DNA from: a virus
Taxonomy: Duplodnaviria; Caudoviricetes
DNA length: 38,927 nucleotides
Direction: 5' to 3' (one strand)
Virus record (IMG/VR): IMGVR_UViG_3300032216_001721
Location: 1-38,927 of that record
Below are positions 1 to 9,382 of the stretch, in pieces. The stretch's first letter is position 1; each line of letters begins with the position of its first letter. The notes under the pieces are model-generated. The model searched no databases. It had not been told where the DNA came from and saw only the letters and a list, made by a program, of their open reading frames with translations. Position numbers and translations under genes: made by a program.

Positions 1-680
1 CCTAATAATGGAATTGCATTTCTTTTAATTGTGATTGCATCAAATACACCCTCACAAAGTATAATCGGTTCATTCCAATTTACTTGAGAGTCAAAACATA
101 TTACATTTTTACTGATTGGAGGATTTTTGTATTTCATTTTGTTCTCTGGATAATATGAACGAGAAACAAAGTAATTTAATGTGCCATCGGAATTGTATGA
201 TGGTATAATTACTCTTTGTCCATACAATCCTTCTTTACAATATCCTATGTTATATTTGATTATATCTTTAATACCTATTCCTCTTTGAGTTAGGTAATGT
301 ATTGCGTGTTTATATTCTGGATTAAACCCTTTAGGAACCTCACTAAGACTGATAAATTCTTTTGGTAGGGAAATGAACACCTTTGTATCGGCATCCTCTA
401 AAAGTGGGTTATAATTGCTATCTCCGTATATCTCTCTAATAATAGAAATAGTCTTTCTATCAACATCTAACTTTTTTAATAATGAAGTCAATTTCTTACC
501 ACCACTATTGCAAGTCCAACAATGCCATTTTTGGGTTTCCGTATTAACTTGGAGTTTTTGTTTGTGATGATTACAGAAAGGACAGTAAAATGCTAACTCA
601 TTTCCTTTCAGATTGAGATAACTACCTAAAATACCAGTAAGGGTAGATACGACTATATTCTTATCATTTTGCTTCAACAC
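1..680 (-). CDS. dnaG: DNA primase (Zn finger + TOPRIM), 3' end beyond the window
   Basis: Translated by hand; not in the ORF track. GTG at 680 gives MLKQNDKNIVVSTLTGILGSYLNLKGNELAFYCPFCNHHKQKLQVN...WHCWTC (Zn ribbon), then YLTQRGI, RVIIPSY, KYKNP and ILCEGVFDA (TOPRIM). The frame stays open to position 1. Confidence 0.9.
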   Translation of the reverse strand, partial: MLKQNDKNIVVSTLTGILGSYLNLKGNELAFYCPFCNHHKQKLQVNTETQKWHCWTCNSGGKKLTSLLKKLDVDRKTISIIREIYGDSNYNPLLEDADTKVFISLPKEFISLSEVPKGFNPEYKHAIHYLTQRGIGIKDIIKYNIGYCKEGLYGQRVIIPSYNSDGTLNYFVSRSYYPENKMKYKNPPISKNVICFDSQVNWNEPIILCEGVFDAITIKRNAIPLL

Positions 681-686
681 GACTTA

Positions 687-716
687 AATATACGACAAAT
701 ATTTGATATTTCCAAA
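687..716 (-). promoter_or_regulatory. Bacteroidota sigma70-type promoter (-33 TTTG / -7 TAnnTTTG-like)
   Basis: Minus strand TTTG-gaaatatcaaatatttgtc-GTATATT(ta), just upstream of the primase. Same 19-nt spacing as five other copies. Confidence 0.75.
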
Positions 717-720
717 TATT

Positions 721-1146
721 TTAAGGTATATTTTCCTCTAAAAACCACTCATTTGGGATGAGTTTGTCTGCATATTTATATCCATTCTTTTCACACCAAT
801 CACCATAAGTTGTTTTAGAATTTTTGCTAATTTTGTTCTTTGAATTGGAGAATACGAACCTAATGTCCATATGTGGATTATGTTCTTTAACCAATAGATG
901 TTTTTTTCTATCGGCTGCTACAAATCTACCCTTTGTCTCTACTCTTATACCATTTGGTAATTTAAAGTCAGGACTATAATTGTGATTTGATGCAGGAATT
1001 ATGTATGGAACTTTTTCAGTTTCATACTCTACTTTAATTCCTTGTGATTCTATTTGTTGAGAAATGGTTTCTTCTAAACCAGATTTAAATCCATATTTTT
1101 TAGCAACCCATTTGGGGTTGTTCTTTTTTGTAACTTTTTTAGTCAT
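721..1146 (-). CDS. T7 endonuclease I-like Holliday junction resolvase
   Basis: GFKSGLE, YSPDFKLPNGIRVETKGRF (PD-(D/E)xK), DRKKHLL, DIRFVF and KTTYGDWCEKNG match T7 gp3-family motifs. Confidence 0.9.
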   Translation of the reverse strand: MTKKVTKKNNPKWVAKKYGFKSGLEETISQQIESQGIKVEYETEKVPYIIPASNHNYSPDFKLPNGIRVETKGRFVAADRKKHLLVKEHNPHMDIRFVFSNSKNKISKNSKTTYGDWCEKNGYKYADKLIPNEWFLEENIP

Positions 1147-1154
1147 TAATTGTT

Positions 1155-1367
1155 TTATTTTTTCAACATCATATCAGAATATTTTGCACTATTTAATGCA
1201 CCAGTTCTTCCAACTTTTAATTTTTCTGCAGTTAAAACTTTTTCATCTGCATCTTTTTTATCATCAATACTGAATGGAGTTATTGCGGCTTGACCTGCAG
1301 TAAAACTAATTTTATCTACACCTAATGCTGATTGGTTTGCTTTGTATAATTCTTCGATTGTTGCCAT
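1155..1367 (-). CDS. Hypothetical protein (70 aa), probably late
   Basis: Fills the gap on the coding strand and is preceded by the ATATTTATA motif. Confidence 0.7.
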   Translation of the reverse strand: MATIEELYKANQSALGVDKISFTAGQAAITPFSIDDKKDADEKVLTAEKLKVGRTGALNSAKYSDMMLKK

Positions 1368-1384
1368 TGTTATTTGTTTTTGTA

Positions 1385-1393
1385 TATAAATAT
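1385..1393 (-). promoter_or_regulatory. Putative late promoter ATATTTATA
   Basis: Recurrent intergenic motif a short distance upstream of start codons. Confidence 0.6.
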
Positions 1394-1397
1394 AAGA

Positions 1398-2558
1398 TTA
1401 TGTATCAAATCGTACAATAAAGTTTACAGGAATATCATGCTCTGATTTAATTGGTTGTGGAAGTTTTGCTACTGCTACCAATTGACAATCATCATCATAT
1501 AATCCAATCGTTGTAATCATAGGAGTTAAGAATGAACCTGTGGTATCTACTGAACCACTTGCATATCCATGCTCAAATCCACCTTTTTGATTACCATAAG
1601 AACCTGAATATCTATAATCTAATGTACTACCATTTGAAAGTTCTGTTTTTTGGCGAATATAATTTACACCAGGATTTGTAACAATTTTTGATGTTCTATT
1701 ATTTGAATCAATATGAGTTTCAGTTGTTCTACCTACGTTTACAACTGCAGTTGGGTTTGTTGAAACATTAAATTCATCTTGATTTACAATTAACAAGTAT
1801 TCGTTTTCATAAATTGTTTTTGTAGATTTGTATGATAAATTCCAATTTGATTTTAATATTAAATCTAAATTTCTTGTAAACACTATTAAACCTTGATTAT
1901 AAAATACATTACCCAATGATAAACTTGGTAAAAATGAAGAACCATTTACATAAATTTTACCAGATTGTATATCAATAGAAACAATATTTGCAGTTTGTAA
2001 TACTCCGTTAATTTTCATTTCAATTAAACTATTTTCAACATCTACAAACCAGGGTTCATCCGAAATATCAATTGCTGCAGTAAAAGATTTCCCCGCAGCC
2101 GTAAAATAAAACAAACCAGTTGATAAATCCAGTGCTGTAAAATTAATTTCACTTAATCCCGTTTGACTAATTACATTACCATTATTATCATCAATATATG
2201 GGCCGGTGGAATCTAATAAATAAACTGAACCTTTTTTAATACCTTCTCCTACATATATTTGTGGGATTGACATTACCTTTGCCGCACCATTTAAATATCT
2301 TTCTTTTGAATTAACATCCGTATTATATACATTTGTTTTATTACCTGTTCTTGTAAATGGATTATCCTCTTGTCCATTATAAAACTGAGCTTTTAGTTGT
2401 CCGTATATAGAATTTTTTGGATATTGGCCAGATAACGTAGTTGAAGTTTCATCGGCATCTAATAAAGTAATTTCATTAGAATTTTGATTAAAATTCCACT
2501 CTTTATATGCCTTAAACGGCCTAATACTAATATCTGACTTTGGTATTCTTTTTAACAT
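1398..2558 (-). CDS. Virion structural protein with tail-collar-like C-terminus; paralog of 2632-3873
   Basis: C-terminal ITTIGLYDDDCQLVAVAKLPQPI resembles P2 gpH/DUF3751-type collar motifs. Shares GxxFYxxG and FNxSxNP motifs with its neighbour. Confidence 0.6.
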   Translation of the reverse strand: MLKRIPKSDISIRPFKAYKEWNFNQNSNEITLLDADETSTTLSGQYPKNSIYGQLKAQFYNGQEDNPFTRTGNKTNVYNTDVNSKERYLNGAAKVMSIPQIYVGEGIKKGSVYLLDSTGPYIDDNNGNVISQTGLSEINFTALDLSTGLFYFTAAGKSFTAAIDISDEPWFVDVENSLIEMKINGVLQTANIVSIDIQSGKIYVNGSSFLPSLSLGNVFYNQGLIVFTRNLDLILKSNWNLSYKSTKTIYENEYLLIVNQDEFNVSTNPTAVVNVGRTTETHIDSNNRTSKIVTNPGVNYIRQKTELSNGSTLDYRYSGSYGNQKGGFEHGYASGSVDTTGSFLTPMITTIGLYDDDCQLVAVAKLPQPIKSEHDIPVNFIVRFDT

Positions 2559-2564
2559 ATCGTA

Positions 2565-2573
2565 TATAAATAT
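2565..2573 (-). promoter_or_regulatory. Putative late promoter ATATTTATA
   Basis: Lies 6 nt upstream of the ATG at 2558, just after a terminator. Confidence 0.6.
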
Positions 2574-2576
2574 CTT

Positions 2577-2616
2577 AAAACTAAAAACCCACCAAATTAA
2601 GGTGGGTTATAGTTTT
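2577..2616 (-). terminator. Intrinsic terminator
   Basis: Stem AACCCACC/GGTGGGTT (2586-2608), 7-nt loop, T-rich tail on the minus strand. Confidence 0.8.
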
Positions 2617-2631
2617 TATTTTATTCTCCGA

Positions 2632-3873
2632 TTAGAAGTCTAATTTTACTTTAATTGCAATCTCCTTATCAAATGATTTTTCAATTGGTTTAGAAGTTTT
2701 TGCAACTGCTAATAATTCATTTGCGTCATTGTATAATCCAACACTTGTAATGTAAACATGTGGGTCTTTTTCAAATAATGTTTGAGTAAATTTACCTACT
2801 GAACCTGTTACAAATGATGGGTTGTTTGAAAAGTTAAATTCTCTATTGTTTGCTCTTACAAAGTAATGAGATGTAGAAACGTTTTCAGTTCTTCTTGCAG
2901 TAAATCCATCATCACTATTCGGTGTATTACCACCTTTGTTTAATGCATTTAATAATTTAACAGAACCAGTTAGGTTATGATAAACTCCCGATTGTGAAGA
3001 TGATGCGGGTGCCAATTCTACTCCAAGTGATGCAGATAATGCATTTGGATTTAAAAGAATAATTCCCATATCTGGATAAAATAATCCCCAACCTTGTCCG
3101 TTTGATGCAGTAGCTGAATTGATTGATGCACTTAAAGATGTTCCAATATTCAATGAACCACTAACTAAGTTGTAAACTCTACCTGCAGTTGTTACTGTTT
3201 CTCCTGTTCCACCACTATCATCTATTAATGTTACAATTTTTGTACCACCACCATTTGAACCAGACAATGTTAATGAAATATTTCCTGGGTCTAATCTTTC
3301 TTTGTATCTAGCTCTATTAATATTAATTGCGTAAAAATTATTTAAATTATTACCTAAATAATCTTGGAATACATTTACTCCTGGGTCTAATAATACATTA
3401 GCCATTTGATAGTAAATAGCAGTAGATGAAAGTAATGAACTTTGGTCTTGTCCTAATGTTGGAGAACCATATCCATTGTAATCACCATATGCAATTGAAA
3501 ATTGAACCTCTGCTGATGTAGATGTTGTTGGTGCATTATAAACATTTAAATAATATTTTCCAGTTGTATCTGCTAATTGTGCAGATGCTGTATAAAATGA
3601 ATATAAAGAACCTGTATCTCCACTCCATATTCCAGAAGTTACAATTTGTGTTCTGTTAGTTACTTTATCAATTGTTCCAAATTTTTTATAAATACCATTT
3701 GAAACGGTAGTCATATCGGAACTGATTTGTTCTCCAGTTCCTAAAAATTGGTTAACAATTCTAACTAATTCGTTAGTATCTACGGGAGTTCCTGCGGTGT
3801 TTGCTGCACCTGCTAAGTATTGTGATAAATTACTTGCTAAAAGGGTTCCTCTGTTATCTTTAATTAATGCCAT
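2632..3873 (-). CDS. Virion structural protein with tail-collar-like C-terminus
   Basis: C-terminal YITSVGLYNDANELLAVAKTSKPI; Ser/Thr/Gly-rich; located in the structural module. Confidence 0.6.
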   Translation of the reverse strand: MALIKDNRGTLLASNLSQYLAGAANTAGTPVDTNELVRIVNQFLGTGEQISSDMTTVSNGIYKKFGTIDKVTNRTQIVTSGIWSGDTGSLYSFYTASAQLADTTGKYYLNVYNAPTTSTSAEVQFSIAYGDYNGYGSPTLGQDQSSLLSSTAIYYQMANVLLDPGVNVFQDYLGNNLNNFYAININRARYKERLDPGNISLTLSGSNGGGTKIVTLIDDSGGTGETVTTAGRVYNLVSGSLNIGTSLSASINSATASNGQGWGLFYPDMGIILLNPNALSASLGVELAPASSSQSGVYHNLTGSVKLLNALNKGGNTPNSDDGFTARRTENVSTSHYFVRANNREFNFSNNPSFVTGSVGKFTQTLFEKDPHVYITSVGLYNDANELLAVAKTSKPIEKSFDKEIAIKVKLDF

Positions 3874-3882
3874 AATATTTTA

Positions 3883-4506
3883 TTATTGAACGTAAGTTAC
3901 GGTTACTGGAATTGTTTGTGAACCACCGGTTTCATTACCATAAACAGTTATTGTTGTTTTGATAGTTGAAGTTAATGATGGGTTTGGAATAAATTTAAAT
4001 GTCAAACCTTTAGCAATTGCTGCAGTTGCAGAAACATCGGCCCCTATAAACATAGGTACTGAACCTACATCAGATGTTACTCCTTCACCAATGATGTCAC
4101 CTGCAGATTTGTTAGATAATACAATCGTATATCCCATACTTCTATTTCCTGCTGGAGATGTAGTTGGAGACAACGCAACCTCACCACTTTTTTGATTAAC
4201 CGAAATATTAGGAACACCAAATTCAACAACAGGAATTCTAGTTGTATTTTTTGGCAAAGTTACTAACTTATATTTCATTACTTGAGTCTCATCAGGATTA
4301 GCTTCTAAAACTGGCATGCTTTTAATTGCTGCATCGTAATAAGCTGAACCCAATGGATGTGCGGGTTCATATAAATTGTAATCAATCTCATCATCTGCTA
4401 ATGCAAATTGAGTAATGTTTAATCCCTGACCAGCTGCTAATTTTTCTCTACCTTTTTTGGTAAGAATAGCATCTACTGTTAATTCTGCGTTACTTAAATA
4501 TCCCAT
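3883..4506 (-). CDS. Virion structural protein with tail-fibre-collar-like N-terminus
   Basis: N-terminal AILTKKGREKLAAGQGLNITQFALADD resembles the start of P2 gpH/DUF3751-type proteins. Confidence 0.6.
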   Translation of the reverse strand: MGYLSNAELTVDAILTKKGREKLAAGQGLNITQFALADDEIDYNLYEPAHPLGSAYYDAAIKSMPVLEANPDETQVMKYKLVTLPKNTTRIPVVEFGVPNISVNQKSGEVALSPTTSPAGNRSMGYTIVLSNKSAGDIIGEGVTSDVGSVPMFIGADVSATAAIAKGLTFKFIPNPSLTSTIKTTITVYGNETGGSQTIPVTVTYVQ

Positions 4507-4527
4507 AGTATTGTATTAATCTTTTGA

Positions 4528-4536
4528 TATAAATAT
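4528..4536 (-). promoter_or_regulatory. Putative late promoter ATATTTATA
   Basis: Intergenic, upstream of the ATG at 4506. Confidence 0.6.
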
Positions 4537-4555
4537 TATAATTTTAAAATTCCGT

Positions 4556-7500
4556 TTATTCTACTTGCAAAATTGGTTCAGATGTACTTCTACCTGTTTT
4601 GTTTACAACTAATGTGTTTGGATTAGATACAAACGTTTCAATTGGTGAAGCTCCATCTAATGTAGTTGCTGCAGTATTTTTTGAACCCTTGTAATATGAA
4701 TTTATTAAACCAGTTGTTAAATCCGACACATTTCTATAATGCGTTGGTAAATAACCATCAACCGCTTGTACTGAAATAATATTACCACCAACTGTAGGTA
4801 TTGTTGAACCACTAAATGGTTGTATATTTAATGTAGTTTCGGTATAAGTTGAAGATGTTACATAATAACCACCTCTAGGGTCACCTTGTCCATTTGTTAC
4901 AATTAATGGTGCTACTACATCTCTTTTTTTCTTTTCAGTTACCAAATTAACTCTAATTCTTTCTTTAACTACCTTATTATCCGTATTAAAATAAGTTCTA
5001 ATTGCGGAACCACTTGTTGCATATATACTATATCCTATATCTTCATATGTAGTTTGACCAACTGTTTGAGTACCATTATTTATTTCTAATTCAGATTGTA
5101 TTGTTGGATTACCTACACCAGCATTTGTATCAACTTCATATTGATAATTTTCAGCAGTAGTATTTTGAACCGAAGCTGTAAATATTTCTGCAAGATATTG
5201 ATAGTTTGTTGCAACTATATTATTAACCGATGCAGTAAATATTTCACCATAATATTGTTCATTTTCACCAAAAACATTTTCTGATAAATTTGCATTTACA
5301 ATACTTTCATATTGTTCATTATTTCCTGATAAAATTGTAGTATCTCCATAATGAATTTCTGTTTCTTTTTGATATTCATCTCCGGTTGGTTTCTTTTGTG
5401 CAACTTTACTTCTTTCTAAAATATGTGGTTCAATTAATAAACCAGTAGTTGCTTTAACTCTAGCCGGTAACATTTTCTTAATATCTTCAAACATAGATTT
5501 CTCATATAGTTTGATTAAATTAATGTATTCGTAAATATTTCTATTATCAAATCGTTTAAAATAATAATTTCTTAAAGAATCCAATGTTGAATAAGTTGGT
5601 TTGTAATCATCGGATGGGTCACCTATGTAATTATCTAAATTAATTCCACCAAATGATTTTGCAATATCAATATTCAATTCTTTTGTAGGAGAAAAGAATA
5701 ATCCAACTCTATTTGAATCAGTTGGTGATTGGTCAAATGATTTTTTAGTTACTCTACTTTTTATAGATAAATCAATACCACCACTTACATCGTTACCATT
5801 AAAATCTGTTTGTGATTCAAATCTAACTTTATTTGTTGAATATCTTGTAGAACCCATATCAGGAATTTCTAATACAACGCTTCTATCCACTGCTTCAAAT
5901 TGATATGGATAAGATGGTGCAGATGTAAATCCACTTGCAGTTGCAAATAATAATGCGTAAGGGTTTTCAGAATATAAAGGTGATGTAGTACCACTTTCAT
6001 AATGAGTTCTTGTTAAACTACCACTAAAATAAACATTAGTATCTACATTTAATAATTTATCATATGTTGATACATCTTTTGGATATTCAAAATCTAATCT
6101 AAAATATAAATCGGAAGTAGATGAATAAATACTATTACCATTAATCATTTCGGGAAAAGAAACGTGTTCGTAAAATCTATCCGTATCTAATACTTCCGAC
6201 CATAAACGAAACTCATCTACACTACCATTATAATTTCCACCTAAATATAAAGTAGAACCATTGTTCCAACTACTTGAAGCAGATGATGTTATTGATTGTT
6301 CAAATATTGTTTTTTCTTTATTTGATTGTCTTACATCTAATTTTAATCCAGTTGAACCACTACTTACCGATAAACCAAAAAATCTATTATTGAATATTGG
6401 TAATAATGATGAGGATATACAATTTGAACCCGCATAATTAAATACTATATTTCCATATGAAGATGATGTAGCAGATGCGGTTATTTCTACATTCCAATTA
6501 CTACCTGATAATATTCTAAAATTTGATTGAGTTGATGGTTTTAAAAATAATTCAATGGTATTTGGTTTTCTACTTTTATTAGTATTTCTCCATTCCATTT
6601 CAATCTTAGAATCACTTACCATTTTTAACGCAGTAGTTACATTATCATAAACCAATTTACTTTTAGATGTATCCGATACCTCCGGGCCCCCAAATTCAAA
6701 AATAGAAAGGTTAGATGATGGTATACCATAACAACTTAATAATGCATATACACCACGTCTACTACCTTTGTGTTTTAGCAAATATGGTAAGTTATTTACA
6801 ATTCTTCTCCAAACTTCGTATGTTCTTTGTTTTGCGGGATTTGATTCTTTTACATTTCCATTGACATCCTCACCGAATACATAATTCCATAAATGTTCGT
6901 CAGCTGCAAGATTCTTTGCATCCCAATTAAAAGATTTTAAAACATCAAATAATAATTTATCAGATATTCCATCTTTTGCTTTATATCCTAAACCTCTACT
7001 TTTTTCAATAGCTTTAGTATGATAATAAATGTTATCAAAATGTTGACCTATCATTGCAAAAAATAACAAATAACTATCATTCTCAGTATTATTTAAAATA
7101 TATTGTGGAATGTTGTTTTGAATATTATTTGTATTTTCCGAATCAAATTCTTCTGCTAATGTTATTATATTTTTAGACCAATTATTTACAATTGCACTAT
7201 TTGATTGCATTCTAACACTACCCGTATACGGCCATGTCAAAGAAGCTGCAGTATTTGTAGTATATGAAGAAGTTGCATATAAAAAATTTTCAAATCCATC
7301 AAAAGATTGTATAATTTGACTCTTCTTTATATTATTTCTTTCAATTTGTTTTAAAGACTCAGGCGAAGTTGAAAATGAATTATAAGTAGTTGCTTGTGAT
7401 GTAGATATTGCTGATTCGTATGCTTCTATTAATTTTACTTTATATTGAAAATTCAAAACCCTTTCAGTTGCTGAACTAAAGTGTACAAAATTATCCCATA

Positions 7501-9361
7501 AATAAGTTGAACCACTAACATAATCTATATTTAATTCACTTGTACTAAATAAAGAAGAACTTAAATATGTACTAACCAAATTTGAAGAACTTGATATAGA
7601 ACTATTTAATATTAAATTATCTAATGATTCATAATTTGTAGATTGCCCCGTAACATAATCAACATCAATATTAAAATTGGGCCCTTTTATTGGAGGACAT
7701 TCTAATACACCCGTTTCATTTAATATAACAGTTTCTATTAATGGATTACTCATTAATTTTGTAATCCAGAAAGTTGAATTTTTTTGTATATTTGCCTGTA
7801 AAGGTGTATATAATTTTAATATTAAAGAACCAACTTCATCTTCAGGTTTAACATATTCATTACCTAATGTATCAATAGATTTTTTAGATAAAGTCCAATT
7901 ATCTTCTTCCCATGATGAAACTATTATTTGCTCATCATTACCAAAATTTATAAGATGTGTTAAATGTTTACTTTCTTTTTCCGGTTCAGAAAATCCCATA
8001 TTAGAAACAAATGCATCAAATATAGATTTTTTAATAATACTTTCATCAATTTGAAAAGCGGGATAAGTTATTGAAGTTGTTACATCATAATCATTTCCTG
8101 TTAAACTGGTTTCACCACCATTATTAATAGGCCTAAATGATAATGTAATATTTGTACTACCCGCCCAATTTGGATATGTATCTCTTAATGTTTTAAGATT
8201 AATTGTTATACTACCATTTGGTGGCTGTGATTGAAAAAGTCCAACTTTACTTTTATCTTTTAATTGTAAATAAACATCTACCGAAGTTGCTGCAAATGTT
8301 GAATATTTTATAGTATAATCTACATTTAAATCAGAATAAGCTGGAATGTCTATTGTATCGGTATAATCAATTTCTGTAACGGATGGAAAATCGTTTACTG
8401 CTATGAAATTTATAGTAATTTCTGTTTTATCACCCGTTCCGTATAAATTACTATATGGTACTATTATAATTTTTTTATTACCATATATTCCGTTAAAATT
8501 ATTTAAAAAAGATAATGTACAATTATTTTTAGTAGCATCTACTCTAATAAATTTTGATTCGGATAAATAGAAATCAATATAATCACAATCTTGCTGTATA
8601 AAACTAACATTGATGATAGTATCTTTATCTGAATCTTTAATTTGTTTACTATAATTTGTTGTATTTAAAGTTATAGTTGGTTTTGGTGAACTAATTATTT
8701 TTTCAACAATTACTGCAACCGCAATTCCACCTGTTAATAATTCTTTTGCAGGGATTCCAATAAAATTATCACCTACACTCCATTTACTATAATCTGTTTG
8801 ACTTTTTTCTGCATTTAATTTATTAGTATAATATATTTTTGTTATATTATAATTTGATGGTAATGTATTTTTTAAATAAATGTTTAAAATTCCATTTACT
8901 AATGCTGATTTATTTGATTTTAAACCATCCGTATTTTCTGAAGATAATTTTAAATTACCCGATGTAATTAGTCCATTTGAAATTAATTCATAATCAATAT
9001 TTACAAAATCACTTATTTCATTTTGTAAATTTGAACTAATTGATAATTCATAATTAATAATCGGGTCTGGTATAACATCAATATTTGGAGTAGGATTTTC
9101 AGGAGTTGGTTTTATTACATCTACCACAGGTGCTTCTAATCCAGGTGTATAAATGACATCATTGATTGGTGGATTAATTGGTGCACTATAATATGTTCCA
9201 CCACCGCCACCAGAGGCTGCACCACCGCCACCACCTAAATAAGCACTATTGTCATTATACCAGCCAAAATCATTTTGTTGTTCATTTGTTTGTGGCCCTA
9301 TTGGCCCGTCAATATCAGATGCTGCGGGTACTTTATATTGTCTATTATATTTTATTGACAT
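4556..9361 (-). CDS. Large baseplate/tail protein (1601 aa) with a P2 gpI-like wedge segment and a LamG-like domain
   Basis: LPYLLKHKGSRRGVYALLSCYG is gpI-like; LYLGGNYNGSVDEFRLWSEVL is LamG/concanavalin-like. Also 19-aa repeats near the C-terminus and a Gly/Pro-rich N-terminus. Confidence 0.65.
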   Translation of the reverse strand: MSIKYNRQYKVPAASDIDGPIGPQTNEQQNDFGWYNDNSAYLGGGGGAASGGGGGTYYSAPINPPINDVIYTPGLEAPVVDVIKPTPENPTPNIDVIPDPIINYELSISSNLQNEISDFVNIDYELISNGLITSGNLKLSSENTDGLKSNKSALVNGILNIYLKNTLPSNYNITKIYYTNKLNAEKSQTDYSKWSVGDNFIGIPAKELLTGGIAVAVIVEKIISSPKPTITLNTTNYSKQIKDSDKDTIINVSFIQQDCDYIDFYLSESKFIRVDATKNNCTLSFLNNFNGIYGNKKIIIVPYSNLYGTGDKTEITINFIAVNDFPSVTEIDYTDTIDIPAYSDLNVDYTIKYSTFAATSVDVYLQLKDKSKVGLFQSQPPNGSITINLKTLRDTYPNWAGSTNITLSFRPINNGGETSLTGNDYDVTTSITYPAFQIDESIIKKSIFDAFVSNMGFSEPEKESKHLTHLINFGNDEQIIVSSWEEDNWTLSKKSIDTLGNEYVKPEDEVGSLILKLYTPLQANIQKNSTFWITKLMSNPLIETVILNETGVLECPPIKGPNFNIDVDYVTGQSTNYESLDNLILNSSISSSSNLVSTYLSSSLFSTSELNIDYVSGSTYLWDNFVHFSSATERVLNFQYKVKLIEAYESAISTSQATTYNSFSTSPESLKQIERNNIKKSQIIQSFDGFENFLYATSSYTTNTAASLTWPYTGSVRMQSNSAIVNNWSKNIITLAEEFDSENTNNIQNNIPQYILNNTENDSYLLFFAMIGQHFDNIYYHTKAIEKSRGLGYKAKDGISDKLLFDVLKSFNWDAKNLAADEHLWNYVFGEDVNGNVKESNPAKQRTYEVWRRIVNNLPYLLKHKGSRRGVYALLSCYGIPSSNLSIFEFGGPEVSDTSKSKLVYDNVTTALKMVSDSKIEMEWRNTNKSRKPNTIELFLKPSTQSNFRILSGSNWNVEITASATSSSYGNIVFNYAGSNCISSSLLPIFNNRFFGLSVSSGSTGLKLDVRQSNKEKTIFEQSITSSASSSWNNGSTLYLGGNYNGSVDEFRLWSEVLDTDRFYEHVSFPEMINGNSIYSSTSDLYFRLDFEYPKDVSTYDKLLNVDTNVYFSGSLTRTHYESGTTSPLYSENPYALLFATASGFTSAPSYPYQFEAVDRSVVLEIPDMGSTRYSTNKVRFESQTDFNGNDVSGGIDLSIKSRVTKKSFDQSPTDSNRVGLFFSPTKELNIDIAKSFGGINLDNYIGDPSDDYKPTYSTLDSLRNYYFKRFDNRNIYEYINLIKLYEKSMFEDIKKMLPARVKATTGLLIEPHILERSKVAQKKPTGDEYQKETEIHYGDTTILSGNNEQYESIVNANLSENVFGENEQYYGEIFTASVNNIVATNYQYLAEIFTASVQNTTAENYQYEVDTNAGVGNPTIQSELEINNGTQTVGQTTYEDIGYSIYATSGSAIRTYFNTDNKVVKERIRVNLVTEKKKRDVVAPLIVTNGQGDPRGGYYVTSSTYTETTLNIQPFSGSTIPTVGGNIISVQAVDGYLPTHYRNVSDLTTGLINSYYKGSKNTAATTLDGASPIETFVSNPNTLVVNKTGRSTSEPILQVE
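5130..5378 (-). repeat. Degenerate 19-aa tandem repeat (4+ units) in the 1601-aa protein
   Basis: EYQKETEIHYGDTTILSGN / NEQYESIVNANLSENVFGE / NEQYYGEIFTASVNNIVAT / NYQYLAEIFTASVQNTTAE / NYQYEV. Confidence 0.75.
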
Positions 9362-9372
9362 CTATTCTTTTT

Positions 9373-9381
9373 TATAAATAT
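9373..9381 (-). promoter_or_regulatory. Putative late promoter ATATTTATA
   Basis: Sits in the 21-bp gap before the ATG at 9361. Confidence 0.6.
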
Positions 9382-9382
9382 T

